A DNA stretch of 64,000 nucleotides from Octopus sinensis (Eukaryota). Positions 1 through 14,847 of the stretch are shown piece by piece. The stretch's first letter is position 1. Every line of letters begins with the position of its first letter. The notes under the pieces were generated by a model that saw nothing but the letters and a program-made list of their open reading frames with translations, had not been told where the DNA came from and made no database searches. The translations under genes and the position numbers were made by a program. The DNA lies in assembly GCF_006345805.1 (NCBI RefSeq), contig NC_043014.1, forward strand, positions 30,132,001-30,196,000, in the 5' to 3' direction.

Positions 1-473
1 TACATTGGTTTATATGTTTCTTTGTTGTAGTTTTATTAAAGTTAGTGTTTAATCCTGCCTATATATTGATTGATTTAAATAATGTCGTTATTAAGCTTTT
101 ACTTTTATATTATACTATGGAAGACGGTAGGGATGATAATTTTTTATGACTTAATAGATTTGTCGATGTTTAGTTACATATTTAGGACGAGTTGTAATTT
201 ACTTACTGAATTTATTTACTGATATGGTTGTACATAGGGTAAATGTGTTTGAAAGTTGTAGTTTATTTGGTTTGTTTGTTTCCAAACAACACTTATTTTA
301 GTGCTGTTGACACCACTGGATTGAATGGTTCTGCCCAGGTGTCAAAACCATAATGATATCCATGAAGCAGTTGCTGCTGAAGGTATTTGGGATTGTTAGT
401 ATGGCTGTGGAACAGTATTATAACACATCCTTTTGATATATATATGAATATATAGACTTTCGACTTAGCTGGT

Positions 474-544
<71 letters not shown>

Positions 545-629
545 AATTAAATTAGGCACCAGATTAGCAATGTATCACTGAAAGGAAAACTATAATTGTC
601 ATTAAATATGACTGAGCATATTAAAACAC

Positions 630-1790
630 CTACAATGCTAGAAATAAGAGCTAAAGAGGTCTGATGCTGCAGTCAACGCACATAACTTCTTCTTTTCCAC
701 TTCGCCTTTGGCTATGTATACCTGCCGCCCACCCTCCTTTTTGGCTACGTGGTACAGTTCCCTGCTACCCACACCCTTCCTGGCTTTCCAGGCCCATTTC
801 TTTGCTCTAATAGCTTTGTCTACCATACTATTCTACCACCACGTAACTCTAGGTCTAGAAGGGACTTTGCACCATCCACAGACTCGGTCTGTGGCACTCA
901 GCAAGCTGTCCCGTAGGAATTTCCAGCTATCTTCTATGTCCAATGTCTGTAGCTCCTCCTCCCGCTCATCAAATTTCTTGATGAGGATGTCCCTAAATCT
1001 CTGACCATGTGAAGGGTTCTTTAGCTTCCAAATCCTTCTTTTTTGGATTGATCTGCTTCTTGGTATCCTTCTGGCCTCGAGCCTAAAGTCACTAATGACT
1101 AGCCTATGCTGGGGGGTACATTCTTCACCCGGGAGGGTCTTTGTATTTAAGAGCAACCCTGCGTCCTGCTATCAGGTGAGGATGAAATCAATCTGGCTAG
1201 CAGAGTCCCCTGATTGATAGGTTAACAGGTGGCTGTCTGGCTTCCTGAAGTTAGTGTTGCAGATTAAAAGGTTACATGCATCACAGAACTCCAGTAGCCT
1301 AGTTCCCTCATTGCTTCAGGCGCCAATACCATGGCCACCATGTACCCCAGTGAAGATACCAGATTCCCGCCCAACATGCCCATTAAAATCTCCAGCCACT
1401 CGTCTTTGAGGTAGCCTGTAGAAGGGTATCATAAAAGTGGTCCTTCTGATCATTTGGTATCCCCACATGTGGGGCGTAGGTGGAGATAATTGTAGCTGTG
1501 CTGTATTGCAGGACTAGCCTGAACTTAAGCACTCTATCACATACCCTAACAACCTCTATGACTTTATCCACCCATTTCTCCACAAGGAGTATGCCTACAC
1601 CCCCTATGCCATCCATGTTACCTTGCCAGAAGACTTTATACCTATGGGCCTTGCCTGTGAGGACCCTAGCTGAAGCTCCTCTCCATCTTACCTCTTGTAT
1701 GCAGCAGACATCAACCCGTCTCCTTTCAAGCATCTCTATCACTGTCATTTAACATCTGTTTTCTATGCTGGTATAGGCTGGATGTTTCAA
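630..1790 (-). mobile_element. RTE-clade LINE fragment (APE endonuclease and linker), degraded
   Basis: VDVCCIQEVRWRG...GVGILL...IISTYAPHVG endonuclease motifs; KRRIWKLK and TWW motifs; frameshifts and stops. Confidence 0.88.
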
Positions 1791-2043
1791 CAGGGCTAGC
1801 AAACGAGAGAACTGTACCAAGTTCCAATATTTGCTTTGGGTTCTTCCTAATGCCAACAACTATAGAGAATGTACTGGGTGCTTTTTACATGATACCAGCA
1901 CTAATGAAGTTAGTAAGGAACTCACTAGAGACAAGAACCTTCAACTGAGGAAAGGGGAATAGTATGGAGGGATGTGGTTTTAAGTTGAGTATTGCCGGTT
2001 CCTAGGGAACAACTCTGTTTAGGTGGCCTTAAACACTATTTCC

Positions 2044-2075
<32 letters not shown>

Positions 2076-2619
2076 GTATGTATGTATGTATGTGTGTATG
2101 TATGAATGTATGTTTGTGTTTTTGTGTGTGTGCGCGTTTGTGTGTGTGTGTATGTGTGTGTGTGTGTATCCTTAAGTCACCAGTATATCAATGTATTGTT
2201 TTATATCTATATATAAAGCAGATATAGATACATCTGTAACTTACATGTGCAACAAAATTTCTTTAAAATGGTACAATCACAGAAACATCAAACTGTATGT
2301 CTGCAAACCCCACCATATACACTGTCAAAAGTTTGCAGAACTGCTGCAGATGTTCAGTCACGAACTTCAGGAAGCATTCAGACATTGACTAATTGTTTTT
2401 ATTTTATTCATCATGTATGGGTGACAATAATAGTAACAGTAGTAAAAAGAATAACAATAGAAGGATAAATGTTGTAAGACTTCAAACAGCACATGAAGAT
2501 AATGATGGTAGAAAGAGAAAGAAAGAGCAAGTAAAGATGATAATAGTTGGTATCTGTGAAGTCATTAAAGTAATCTTTGAAATGATTTATTTGTAGTTCA
2601 AATGTTTTAACACCTTAAT

Positions 2620-3240
2620 CATGTGAAGACTAAATTACCATAGAGTAGGGTGTTGTCTCTAAGTGATGTCCGGAGCAGCTGAAAGCATTCTTGTATAGGT
2701 TCCATCAATTTTCTTTTCAAGTTGCATTGTTAGAGTCCATATTGTCATCCATATAACAGAAGTGACTACACAACCACCTGAAAGAACATATCTTAATTCT
2801 CCATTGGGTGGGCTTTCCATTTACTTTGTTGAAATTCCCACATGCAGTAAATCTGTATTTAAAACTGGGTATATAATTGCAATTGAACAGTGATCCACCT
2901 ACATTTTACAATACTTGTTCTCAAATGTTACATCAAGAGAATTATTATGCAAAAGCCCTCGTGCTTGAAGACTCAAGAAAAGTGCATTCTTCCATAGGTT
3001 GTAACCTCCACCAGATGTAACCATCTCTTCCACGGAGTATACTGTCCACATCCTCTACAGGATATACTTATGTCTCTCCATAGAATATACCCAACAAGCT
3101 GTTCCTCAGACAATAATCAAATGAAAAAAAATCATGATCTCTTTCACCTCTTCTATAGTCTTGAGTCTACAAAATGCTGAAGCTTATCTTGGTTTCCACA
3201 GAATTTTGGAATTCAAGTAACTATGGAGTACAAAACTTCC
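2620..3240 (-). mobile_element. RTE-like LINE fragment (RT C-terminal region), different subfamily
   Basis: Minus strand encodes degraded SLLLYG.ETWTLT..LEKKIDGTYTRML-like sequence. Confidence 0.6.
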
Positions 3241-3429
3241 TCTGTGGTGATCCAGTGTCCTTAAGGAATGCTGTCCCACCCCAGCAATCACTGGAACTCA
3301 TTTTCAGCTGAGTGAACTGAAACAATATGAAATGACATGCCTTGCTTCCTTTCTCTCTAATCTTCACATGTTCTCTACATTCAGGGCCAACATCTCACTA
3401 CCATGTAGCATTGAAGTTCATACATATGC

Positions 3430-6250
3430 ATCATACAATCTTCCTTTCACTCAGAGAGACTGACTTTTGGTTGCCAACAGAGATAAAATTTCTTTAAACT
3501 TTCTCTATCTTATTCTTATTCTAGAAAATACACTTTCTGTACATCCTCTTCCACTGCTAATTAGGTCACCTGGGTAGCAGAAATCATCTTCAACTTCCAG
3601 AGAGCCTCCAGAACATGAGGAAATCAGTTTCCCATGTATCTGTAGACTTTATGGCTCCTGTACTTCTTCTACATACAAACACTACTTTCTCTGTTAACCG
3701 TCTCATTATTCCACTGCACTCTTGTATGTCCATAGCTTGCACTGCACACACCAAATGGAATTTCTGCCAACACCATTCCTACATATTCAGAAGAGCCATT
3801 TACCTGAAGTGGGAAGAGCCCTGCTTAATTGCTTGATTACTAGGACCTTGGTCCTTGCTAAGTTAACTTTAAGAATCTTTGAATCTAGGTTTTGTTTCAA
3901 CACCTGAAATTTTTTGTTATAGATTCTGCTATAAAGGGAACATCATCAGCATATAGTAGTTCCCATGGGCTTCCAGTCTTAAATCCCTCTATAGAGGATG
4001 ATGATGAATGAGAGGGGGATGAGAACTGAGTCTTGGTGAACACCTCCCTGTACACTAAATTCATCACTGTAACCATGGCTGACTCTTATCTTACCAGCAG
4101 TATCCCTGTACATGGCCTATACAGCTTTCACAAGCTATTCATCTATCCCTTGCTTCATCAAAGACCACCATTTCACAGAGGTGCTCTGCCGAGAGCTTTC
4201 TCTAAATCAACAAATGCCAAGTACAATGGCTTGTTCTTAGCTAAACACGTCTCTTGCAGCTGACTAAGAAAATAGTATCTGCGGTGCTTCTCCCCGGGAC
4301 AAAGCCAAACTGCATTTCATCTAGTCTAATCCTGTTCCTAATTAGTTGGGCTTTAACTCTCTCCACAACTTTCATCACCTTGTCCATCAATTTGATGCCT
4401 CTATCTAAAGCATCTTCCTTACTCTTACCATAGCAGCTGACTATGATGCTGCTACACCAGCCACTGAGGATTATGCCTTTCTGAATAACCTAATTAACAA
4501 CATGGGTGACTAGACCATATTCAACTCCATCAGATATTTTAAGCATCTCACCAGTATCTTCTGATACACCAAGACCTTCCCTGTCTTCATATCTTTAATT
4601 GCTGTCTACTAGACTAACTGGTCCCTCTGTTGGGTTGACATGAGGAAGACACCCTTTTTCCCATTCATTCTCTACATTTAATAGCTTTTCATAGTAGCTC
4701 TTCTGCACCTCTTTCTTTAAGAGCAAGTATACCGTTATCTGTCCATACGCACAACATCTTGATTCTCTCTAACACACTGTCTGGCAATCCAGAACACTTC
4801 AAGTCTCTCAACTTCATGTTGTAAGCAAACCTTTTCCTTTCTACTTCTACCCTAGCCAAATAAGCCTGAAGCCTAGCTTCTCTTATAATTATCTGATATA
4901 GTTCTTTGCTATCCCAACTCTTTCACTCTTTCCAAGCCTGTCACTTCTCTTTTATAGCCCTGTTGATCTCACTGTTTCACTACCTTGTCACTTGGTCTGG
5001 TAGAAGCTTTACTCCAGCCAAAGATTTGGTCTGTCACCTTCAGTAGATTGTCCTGTATGAACTTCCAGTTGTCCACTATGTTGTATGTCTCCATCTCTTC
5101 CTCCTTCTCATCAAAGGCTTCATAAAGAACATTTCTAAATCTTTGTCCATTTAACCCTTTCACTACCAACCTGGCTGAAACTGGCTCTGAGTACAAATGT
5201 CTTGTTTTCATAAGTTTTGAATTAAAATCTTCCACCAAACCTTAGTCATAATTTATGTTCCTAACAGTAGCTGAATGATAACTAAGTTATTTTACTAAAT
5301 TCTTTGTTATATTTAAAGTAACTGAAAGAAACACAAAGCATCTCAAAATATATACAGTAACGAAAGGGTTAAAGAATCTTTGAGATTCCATAGATGTGTC
5401 TCAGGATCCTTCTAGCCTTAAGCCCTAAGTTGATAACTACTAACCTATTTAGAGTGGTACATTCTTCACCTGGGAAGGACTTTGCATTCACAAGCATACA
5501 CCTGTCTCTGTTTCTCGTGAGGGTGTAGTCAATCTAGCTAGTGTGTCCATCAGGTCGATAAGTGATCAGATGGCCAGCAGGTTTCCTGAAGTTGATGTTA
5601 CAAACCATTAAGTTATTTGCATCACAGAACTCCAGCAGCCTTGTTCCATTCTCATTTCTGGAACCAGAACCATAGCATCCATGAACACCATGAAATCCAT
5701 TGGAGTGTTTTCCAACATGGCCATTGAAGTCCCTTGCCACAATGAGAATGTCATTATCTTTCATCATTGTAGTCTGCAGAATGAATTCATAGAAACAGTC
5801 CTTCTGAATATCTGCAAGTCCAACATGTGGAGTATATTCAGAGATAGATGACACTGTTACATTAAATAGGGCCAATCTTAGCTTAATAATCCTATCACAC
5901 AACTTGACTGCCTCAGTCACCTTATCCACTCATTTCTCTGCCAATACCTACATCACCTAACCCATCATTGTTGCCCACCAAGAAGAATTTGTATCTATGC
6001 CTCTTGCCCACAAGCAGTCTAGCTGAGGCTCCCTTCCATCGTTCCTCTTGCACACAGCACACATCTTTACACCTCCACCAAACATTTTAACAGTCTCACC
6101 AGACCTACCTTTCATTACACCAATGTTGACTGTGACAGCTCTGACTTGTGAACCTGGGATGTCTGGGAGGGAAGTTGAGGTATGTTTTCAGCATTTGCAA
6201 TGAAGATCTTTGCAGTTGCTTGCCTGAAGGTAGCAGGTCTTTTTGCTTAG
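3430..6250 (-). mobile_element. RTE-clade LINE remnant (APE, RT, C-terminal region), interrupted by a MITE
   Basis: APE ORF 5534-5929 (DFNGHVG, NENG.RLLEFC); RT motif PWELLYADD at about 3935-3975; many stops. Confidence 0.88.
5155..5368. mobile_element. 214-bp TTAA-flanked piggyBac-type MITE inside RTE
   Basis: TTAA at 5151-5154 and 5369-5372; CCCTTT...AAAGGG ends; reverse-orientation sister of 11944-12157. Confidence 0.8.
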
Positions 6251-6668
6251 TGTAAGCAGGTACAGGTACAGGTTGCAGCATGTGTTACAATTACAATTTC
6301 AATTTCCTTCAGTCCCCTAAAGCCTTTGTGAGTATGCTACTGCCATGGGAAGTGGGGGGAAAGAGAACGAGAAGTTTTCATCATTATTCTTATACTTATT
6401 ATTATAATTATTAAGACAACAATTAAGTTTCAGCAATGCAGAAGAAGCCACACACACCATGATAATATATACTTCTAAATTACCATCAGCATCACTGTGT
6501 AGTCATATATACATAAACATACATGTGTAAATGAACAGTGCATTATACACAGAAATGGGGCCCATGGGATCCTTATATGCATTACATGTGACCATATACC
6601 TACGCAGTTGTAAAAACATTTCACAGGCTGTAAAATTATCAAGTGCAATATCTACCTATCTATCTATC

Positions 6669-6699
<31 letters not shown>

Positions 6700-6728
6700 C
6701 TATCTGTCTGTCTACCTATCTATGCCTG

Positions 6729-6790
<62 letters not shown>

Positions 6791-8379
6791 AGCACATACA
6801 TAGATATAATTATGTGCATGAATACATGCCATTGTTCTCCAATGAATATGCTCATACATGAGCAGAAGAAACACACACACATATGAGTGTATATGTTTGG
6901 GGTGAGTGTGTGTGTGTCTGTGTCTCCTTATCTTGACATTGAATGATAGTTGTATAACTGTCATATAAGCAATGTTATTCATTTCCAGTATTTTATGACA
7001 ACATGTCTGGTGATGGAGGAAATATTGCCTTTCTTGGAAACAGGTAAGGGCTGGTGACTGGACGGACAAATGGCCAAAGAAAATCTGCCTAAATAAACAC
7101 CATCCAACCCATACAAGCATGGAAAAGTGAATGAACATTAAAATGTTGATGATGATCATCATCATCATTATTTAAGCATTTTTAAATGAAGGTTTTAGAA
7201 AAAAGCTATATTGTTCACCTTCAGACATTTTTATACCTTGACCAGGCTCTGGTCAAATTCAGCTTTTCATAAAGTGACTGAGTTAAGGGGATCCTTTTAG
7301 TAATGGCCTTGCATAGCCATCATTTGTTGTTAGTGGTATCAAAGTGCAATGACAGTTGGACCAGAGGGATTTCTTTCAAAATGAAGTTTATTACTTCAGT
7401 AATTATATACTCTAACTATTCCAGCATTAAGATGAACTTGAGAGTACAGGTGACCAATAGTGAACCAAACAATCCTCATCATTGTGGGAGCAACATCAAA
7501 AATTCTGAACAGCATGTCTTAGCCAAGTCTCTTGTTGTTCTTTCCCCTTAAGTTAACTCTGAGCAGTCTTACAATCAAAATTATTCTAGCCTAGATCATC
7601 CTATCTCTGTTTCTCAAGCACAGCAAGTAAAGGGCTAAGTTGTCCAATCTGTCCATCCTTTTTTAAGCTGAGTGTGATTTGAATGAGATTTGGTTGCTAT
7701 TTCTAGCAGATTGAACAACCACATAGAGGCTCCCTTATTGGCTTGTGCTGTAACAACTATAAGGTGGTATGGTTCACCATTGAAAGCAGGGAGTGGAATT
7801 GTGGAAATGGATAAGTGTATCATGAAATAATAGTGTTAAATCTCAATCACTATACTACAAAATATTCCCAGTGTCAACCACTGCTGTGGACTTCCTTATC
7901 TCAGACGCTACAGACCAGTGTCTTGTCTTAATCATTACAGTAAATACTACTCCTTGTTTCAGTCACTACAATAAAATGTATTCCTTATCTCAATCACTAC
8001 ATCAGTGTTCTGAACACTGACATCTCTGCTGGCTGTATCTCCTATCTATTTGAAGTGTGTAGGTGTGTAGTTGTGTGTGTGTGTGTGGGGGGGGGCATGG
8101 TTTCAGACCATGCCACTCAATGTTTTCATATATCACTCTCCTTAGTGGCACACACCCATAATTTATTTCGTAAATGCAATAGGAGACACTCCCTAATACC
8201 AACTGCACAAAGGTCAAAGTTGCCTTGTATGTAAATAGAGGCAGCAAATGTCCCATGATTTAAAAGTTGATCATTTTGTCATGTTAGGTTTTTGATTTGG
8301 TTGTCAGAGAAACTTGACAGATACATTTTCAATTTAGTGGAAGCGGAGAGAGAGAGATGTACATATGTCGGAGACTAAA

Positions 8380-8830
8380 ATTAGATGTGTAACTGTAAAA
8401 TCATTAAAGTACACTACAGGTGAATCTGGAATAAACAGGCTGATTGGTAGTCAGAGATTAAAATTATCCTTCAAGTAAATGACCCTGTTTGATATGTAGA
8501 AACTGTGTTTGTAGAATTTCCATTTGGTGTACCCAGTGGTACACCAAACTACGGATACATAAGGACTGTAGTGGTATTAAAGGAAGGCAAACAGAGAAAG
8601 TAGATTTTGTAGCAGATATTCAGAACCGATAAATACTAAGAACACATGGGAAATAGATTTTCTCAAATACCCTGGATGGTTCTTTGAGGGAGTAGATAAT
8701 TTCTGTTGTCTAGGTGATCTGATTAGCAGTGGAAGAAGATGTTCGGAAAGTATAGTCACTAGAAGGACTGACTGGAGCAAATTCAGAGAGCTATTATTTC
8801 TATTGGTTAGAAAAAAAAAATCTTTCTGTC
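8380..8830 (+). mobile_element. RTE LINE fragment (Cys-rich C-terminal region)
   Basis: Degraded WPC.IC...V..NSI.C..C..W.H..CSGIKG-like motif; homologous to 22990-23800. Confidence 0.65.
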
Positions 8831-9594
8831 ATTGAAGGTTTAAGAGCTGATTATCAGAGAAACCTGACAACTCATCATGTATGACAATTTAGGTCAAGAG
8901 AGTGGGGGGAGAGAGAAAGAGATGCATATCAAATATGAAATTGTGTATAAGACTTTAAAATCAGATGTGTGTAACTGTGAAATTGTTAACCCTTTAGCAT
9001 TTAAACTGACAATATCTGGCTGATATATTCTACTTGTTTTATGTTAAAATTGGCCAGATCCAACCTCTCGCACATATCCTACAATGTCATAGATAAACAA
9101 TCACATCTTCAAAATCTTGAATTTCAAGATAATTCATGATTAATTCAGCATAAAGTGGATACATAGGCATTACATTTGACATAGTAATCTAATTGTTAAT
9201 CTGGAACGACCATCTGTAAATAAAATACCTGTGCACCTATCTTTCTTCTAACCAGAGTCTACTTGTATTCCTGAACAGGTGGTGTATAGGAACACAGCTG
9301 CAACATTTTCTGACAGACAGTCAGAAAACTACATGTGGAGAAAAACAAACACACACACACATACATGTTAACATGCACATACACACACATATACACGTAA
9401 TTGATTTAGTGATTAAAGATATATAATGAAAAAGACAGCAAGTTATATATATAAAACAACCAGCCAGTAATAAAGTTTACCACATATTGCACATATCACA
9501 TTTGCAATGACAAACATGCATGCACACATCACAGATACATTGATACATTTATACACATTGGCATACACGCATCTAACAAGTATACTACATGAAT

Positions 9595-9636
<42 letters not shown>

Positions 9637-9796
9637 TTACTACTGGTATTGTTGGTGGTGGTGGTAGTGCTGATGGTAGTAGTAGTAGTAGTAGTAGTAG
9701 TAGCAGCAGCAGCAGCAGCAGTAAAACAACAACAGCAAAAGAAAGATAAAATGATGCTTTGCTACATGATTTCATTTTATTTTTAACCAGCATTAA

Positions 9797-9830
<34 letters not shown>

Positions 9831-10106
9831 TTTATAATCATTATTATTATTTCTTAATATTATCATTAACCAACAGTTTAACAAATTTTGGTAGAGTCAA
9901 CAAAACAACTGCAACAGTTTGTGTGAAACAACTGTTTCAAATTTTGGCACAAGGCCAGAAATAATAGGGGGAGGGTGTAGTCGATTACATTGACCCCAGT
10001 ATTTAACTGGTACTTTATTTTATTGACCCAATACGGACACAACATGCCACCAGTTTTCGAACTCACAACCTTATGAGTGTGAGCTGAATACCCCAACCAT
10101 TAAGCC

Positions 10107-10181
<75 letters not shown>

Positions 10182-10261
10182 TTCAAATGAATATGGTACT
10201 TAACTTAGATGCACCAGAATTTTTTTATGGTATTACCCATAAAATTATGTGGGGTGATTAA

Positions 10262-10436
10262 AACCCCAAAAATAAGAAACAAGAATGGATCAGTAGTTTA
10301 GTACAATTGTTTCATACTATAAACATTTTATTAAAGCTGCAAAAATTACAGCAAATATAATGTCCAGTAATATAATGTATAGTATGAAACAATTGTACTA
10401 AACTACTGATCCATTCTTGTTGCTTATTTTTTGGTT
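10262..10436. repeat. Inverted repeat, 44 bp perfect core (10278-10321 / 10378-10421), 56-nt spacer
   Basis: Read directly; arms extend about 10 bp further with one mismatch. An unfolded sister copy starts at about 27105. Confidence 0.92.
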
Positions 10437-10617
10437 ATATATATATATAAGCATGGCTGAGTGGTAAGAAGCTTGCTTCCCAACCACATGGTTCTAGGTT
10501 TAGTCCCACTGCATGCCATCTTGGGCAAGTATCTTCTACTACAGTTTTGGGTCAACCAAAGCCTTGTGATGAGTGGATTTGGTAGATGGAATTTGAAAGG
10601 TCATCATATATATATTT

Positions 10618-10654
<37 letters not shown>

Positions 10655-11178
10655 TTTGTGTCTGTGTTTGTCCCCCACTGAACCTTAACAACCAGTGTTG
10701 GTGTGTTTACATCCCTGTAACCCAGTGGTTTGACAAAAGAAACCGATAAGTACCAAGCTTAAAAAAAAGGTACTGGGGTCAAGTCGTTCAACAAAAAATT
10801 CTTCAAGGCAGTGCCCCAGCATGGCTGCAGTCTAATGACGGAAACAAATAAAAGATGAAAGATGAAAGATATATCATAGTTATGCGCGTTAATGTATAGA
10901 TATGTTAAGATCCCACTGGAGCTGGATGCAGTCCTGCAGTTTTCCAGTTCCCTGTCAAACCATTCTACCCATGCCAGCATGGAAAGCAGATGTTAAATGA
11001 TGATGTTGATGATAATGATGATGATGGAATACATATAGACATATGTGCAAAAAATAAGTCTCCCAAATTCCAGGTCTTCCCACTCTACCTATGTTCATCG
11101 AATACCACAGATGAAGTGCAGATAAACAAAAAAAATACTTTCATACAAAAGTATAAACCAAGACATAACAAACTTTAA

Positions 11179-11605
11179 GGCGCAGGAGTGGCTGTGTGGT
11201 AAGTAGCTTGCTAACCAACCACATGGTTCTGGGTTCAGTCCCACTGCATGGCACCTTGGGCAAGTGTCTTCTACTATAGCCTCGGGCCGACCAAAGCCTT
11301 GTGAGTGGATTTGGTAGACGGAAACTGAAAGAAGCCCGTCGTAAATATATATTTATATATATATGTATATATATGTGTGTGTGTGTTTGTGTGTCTGTGT
11401 TTGTCCCCCCCCCCCCCCAACATCGCTTGACAACCGATGCTGGTGAGTTTACGTCTCCGTAACTTAGCGGTTCGGCAAAAGAGACCGATAGAATAAATAC
11501 TGGGCTTACAAAAAATAAGTCCCGGGGTCGATTTGCTCGACTAAAGGCGGTGCTCCAGCATGGCCGCAGTCAAATGACTGAAACAAGTAAAAGAGTAAAA
11601 GAGTA
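11179..11605 (+). mobile_element. tRNA-derived SINE family A (head GGCGCAGGAGTGGCTGTGTGG, central TA/TG tract, (GTAAAAGA)n tail)
   Basis: Pol III A/B-box-like head and repeated tail. Many copies in the window, also about 10450-10860, 19350-19590, 29140-29300, 43830-44140, 44600-44830, 45295-45450, 57010-57175. Confidence 0.88.
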
Positions 11606-11943
11606 ATGTGTTCATTCTCTACAAACAATAATATAAACTTCCAGAGTATTGATTGTTTGGACTTGTTCAGTCAACTGTATCAGCCTTAACTTTCAATTCC
11701 AAACATTGTCACCTGATACTAACACATAGATGTAGTGGAGAACCTACAAATATTTCTAAGACCAGTCATGTGACTATCTTCTACTCATCAAATCCCATTC
11801 AAAACATACACTAATTTGAGCCATTAATTTCCTATAAAAACAGGGCAAACTTCAAACAGTAAGAAGCAAGCCATATCTTTCTATTAGAACTTTTTGAAAA
11901 TCAGTGTAAACTGTGAAACCAGTTAAAGCTTCAAATATATTAA

Positions 11944-12157
11944 CCCTTTTGTTACTGTATGTATTTTGAGATGCTCTGTGTTTCTTTCAATTACTTTAAA
12001 TATAACAAAGAATTTAGTAAAATAACTTAGTGATCATTAAGCTAGTGTTAGGAACATAAATTGTGACAAAGATTTCGTGGAAGATCTGAATTCAAAACGT
12101 ATGAAAACAAAACATTTGTACTCAGAGCCGGTTTCAGCTGGGTTGGTAACAAAAGAG
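11944..12157. mobile_element. 214-bp TTAA-flanked piggyBac-type MITE
   Basis: TTAA at 11940-11943 and 12158-12161; 12-bp TIR CCCTTTTGTTAC / GTAACAAAAGAG with 1 mismatch. Confidence 0.85.
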
Positions 12158-12531
12158 TTAATGAAAAAATATGTTGGCTATTCTCAGTGCATTTTAAACT
12201 TCTTCTATTTTTCCTATACATACATATACATATATCTGTGCTTCATCAGTGGTATAGTTTATGGCCATGAAATGTACGGAGTGGTTTTACTTATTATCTT
12301 ATATTAAACTTTTTAATACTTTTTGAGAGTTATATATATTTTAATAATAATAATAATAAATTAATAAATATAAATATAAATATAAATTAATAATTTTAAA
12401 TTTAAATAATTTAAATTTTAAATTTTATATTTTATATATTTTGTAAATTATATTAATTATTCTTATTTGTATGTTTTGGTTTATGTTTTTCACTGTTTGA
12501 TTTGCCTAATAGTGGTTTTATCTCTAATTTA

Positions 12532-13913
<1,382 letters not shown>

Positions 13914-14008
13914 TGTGAGTGTGTGTGTGTGTATATATATACATGCAGACACACACGTCTGCATGTGAGTGTGTGTGTGTGGGTATCATCCTCATATGTA
14001 ATATATAT

Positions 14009-14064
<56 letters not shown>

Positions 14065-14847
14065 CATACATACACACATATATAGCATCATCATCATCAT
14101 CATCATCATCATCATTGTCATCATTTAACGTCCATCTTCCATGCATGCATGCATAGGATGGTTGACAGGAGCCAACCAAGTAGAAGATCTACCCAAGGTT
14201 ACTGTATACATTATATACATAAATATATGTGAAGGTGCATGACTTAGTGGTGAGGAGTGTTGCACTCACAATCTTAAGATCGTGGTTTCCATTCCTAGAC
14301 CAGTGGTGCACTGTGTTCATGAACAAACACTTCATTTCACATAGGTAACCTTGCAACAGACTACTATTCTGTTCAAAGGGTAATGTTGGCCTGCCCTCCT
14401 AGCCAGCAGCAGGGTGGTACCACTCAAAAGCTAAAACAATACAAAGTACATGGTAACCAGTAGTGTATAACAACTTACAACAATCTGGTTGATACCATGG
14501 TAAAAATATATATCATATAAATGTAAGTATATATATATATATATGTTAATACATATATATGCATGCATATATTATATATGTACTATGTTATTTTTTTGTC
14601 TGAAGAATTTCTAATAGGAAATTCCTTATATGTCTATCTAACATATAAAATTTTGTAATTCCTATTAGCAAATGAAACACATGTAATGGAGAATAAATAA
14701 TACCCAAAAATATTCAATTTCCTATTTTGTTATATTATATATGCATATATATATATACTACTAATATAGGATGAAGTTTTTTTCTCTACAGAAAAGAATT
14801 CCATCAAGAAATGTGGCAGCATATTAAAATACCTTTACGGTTAAAAT

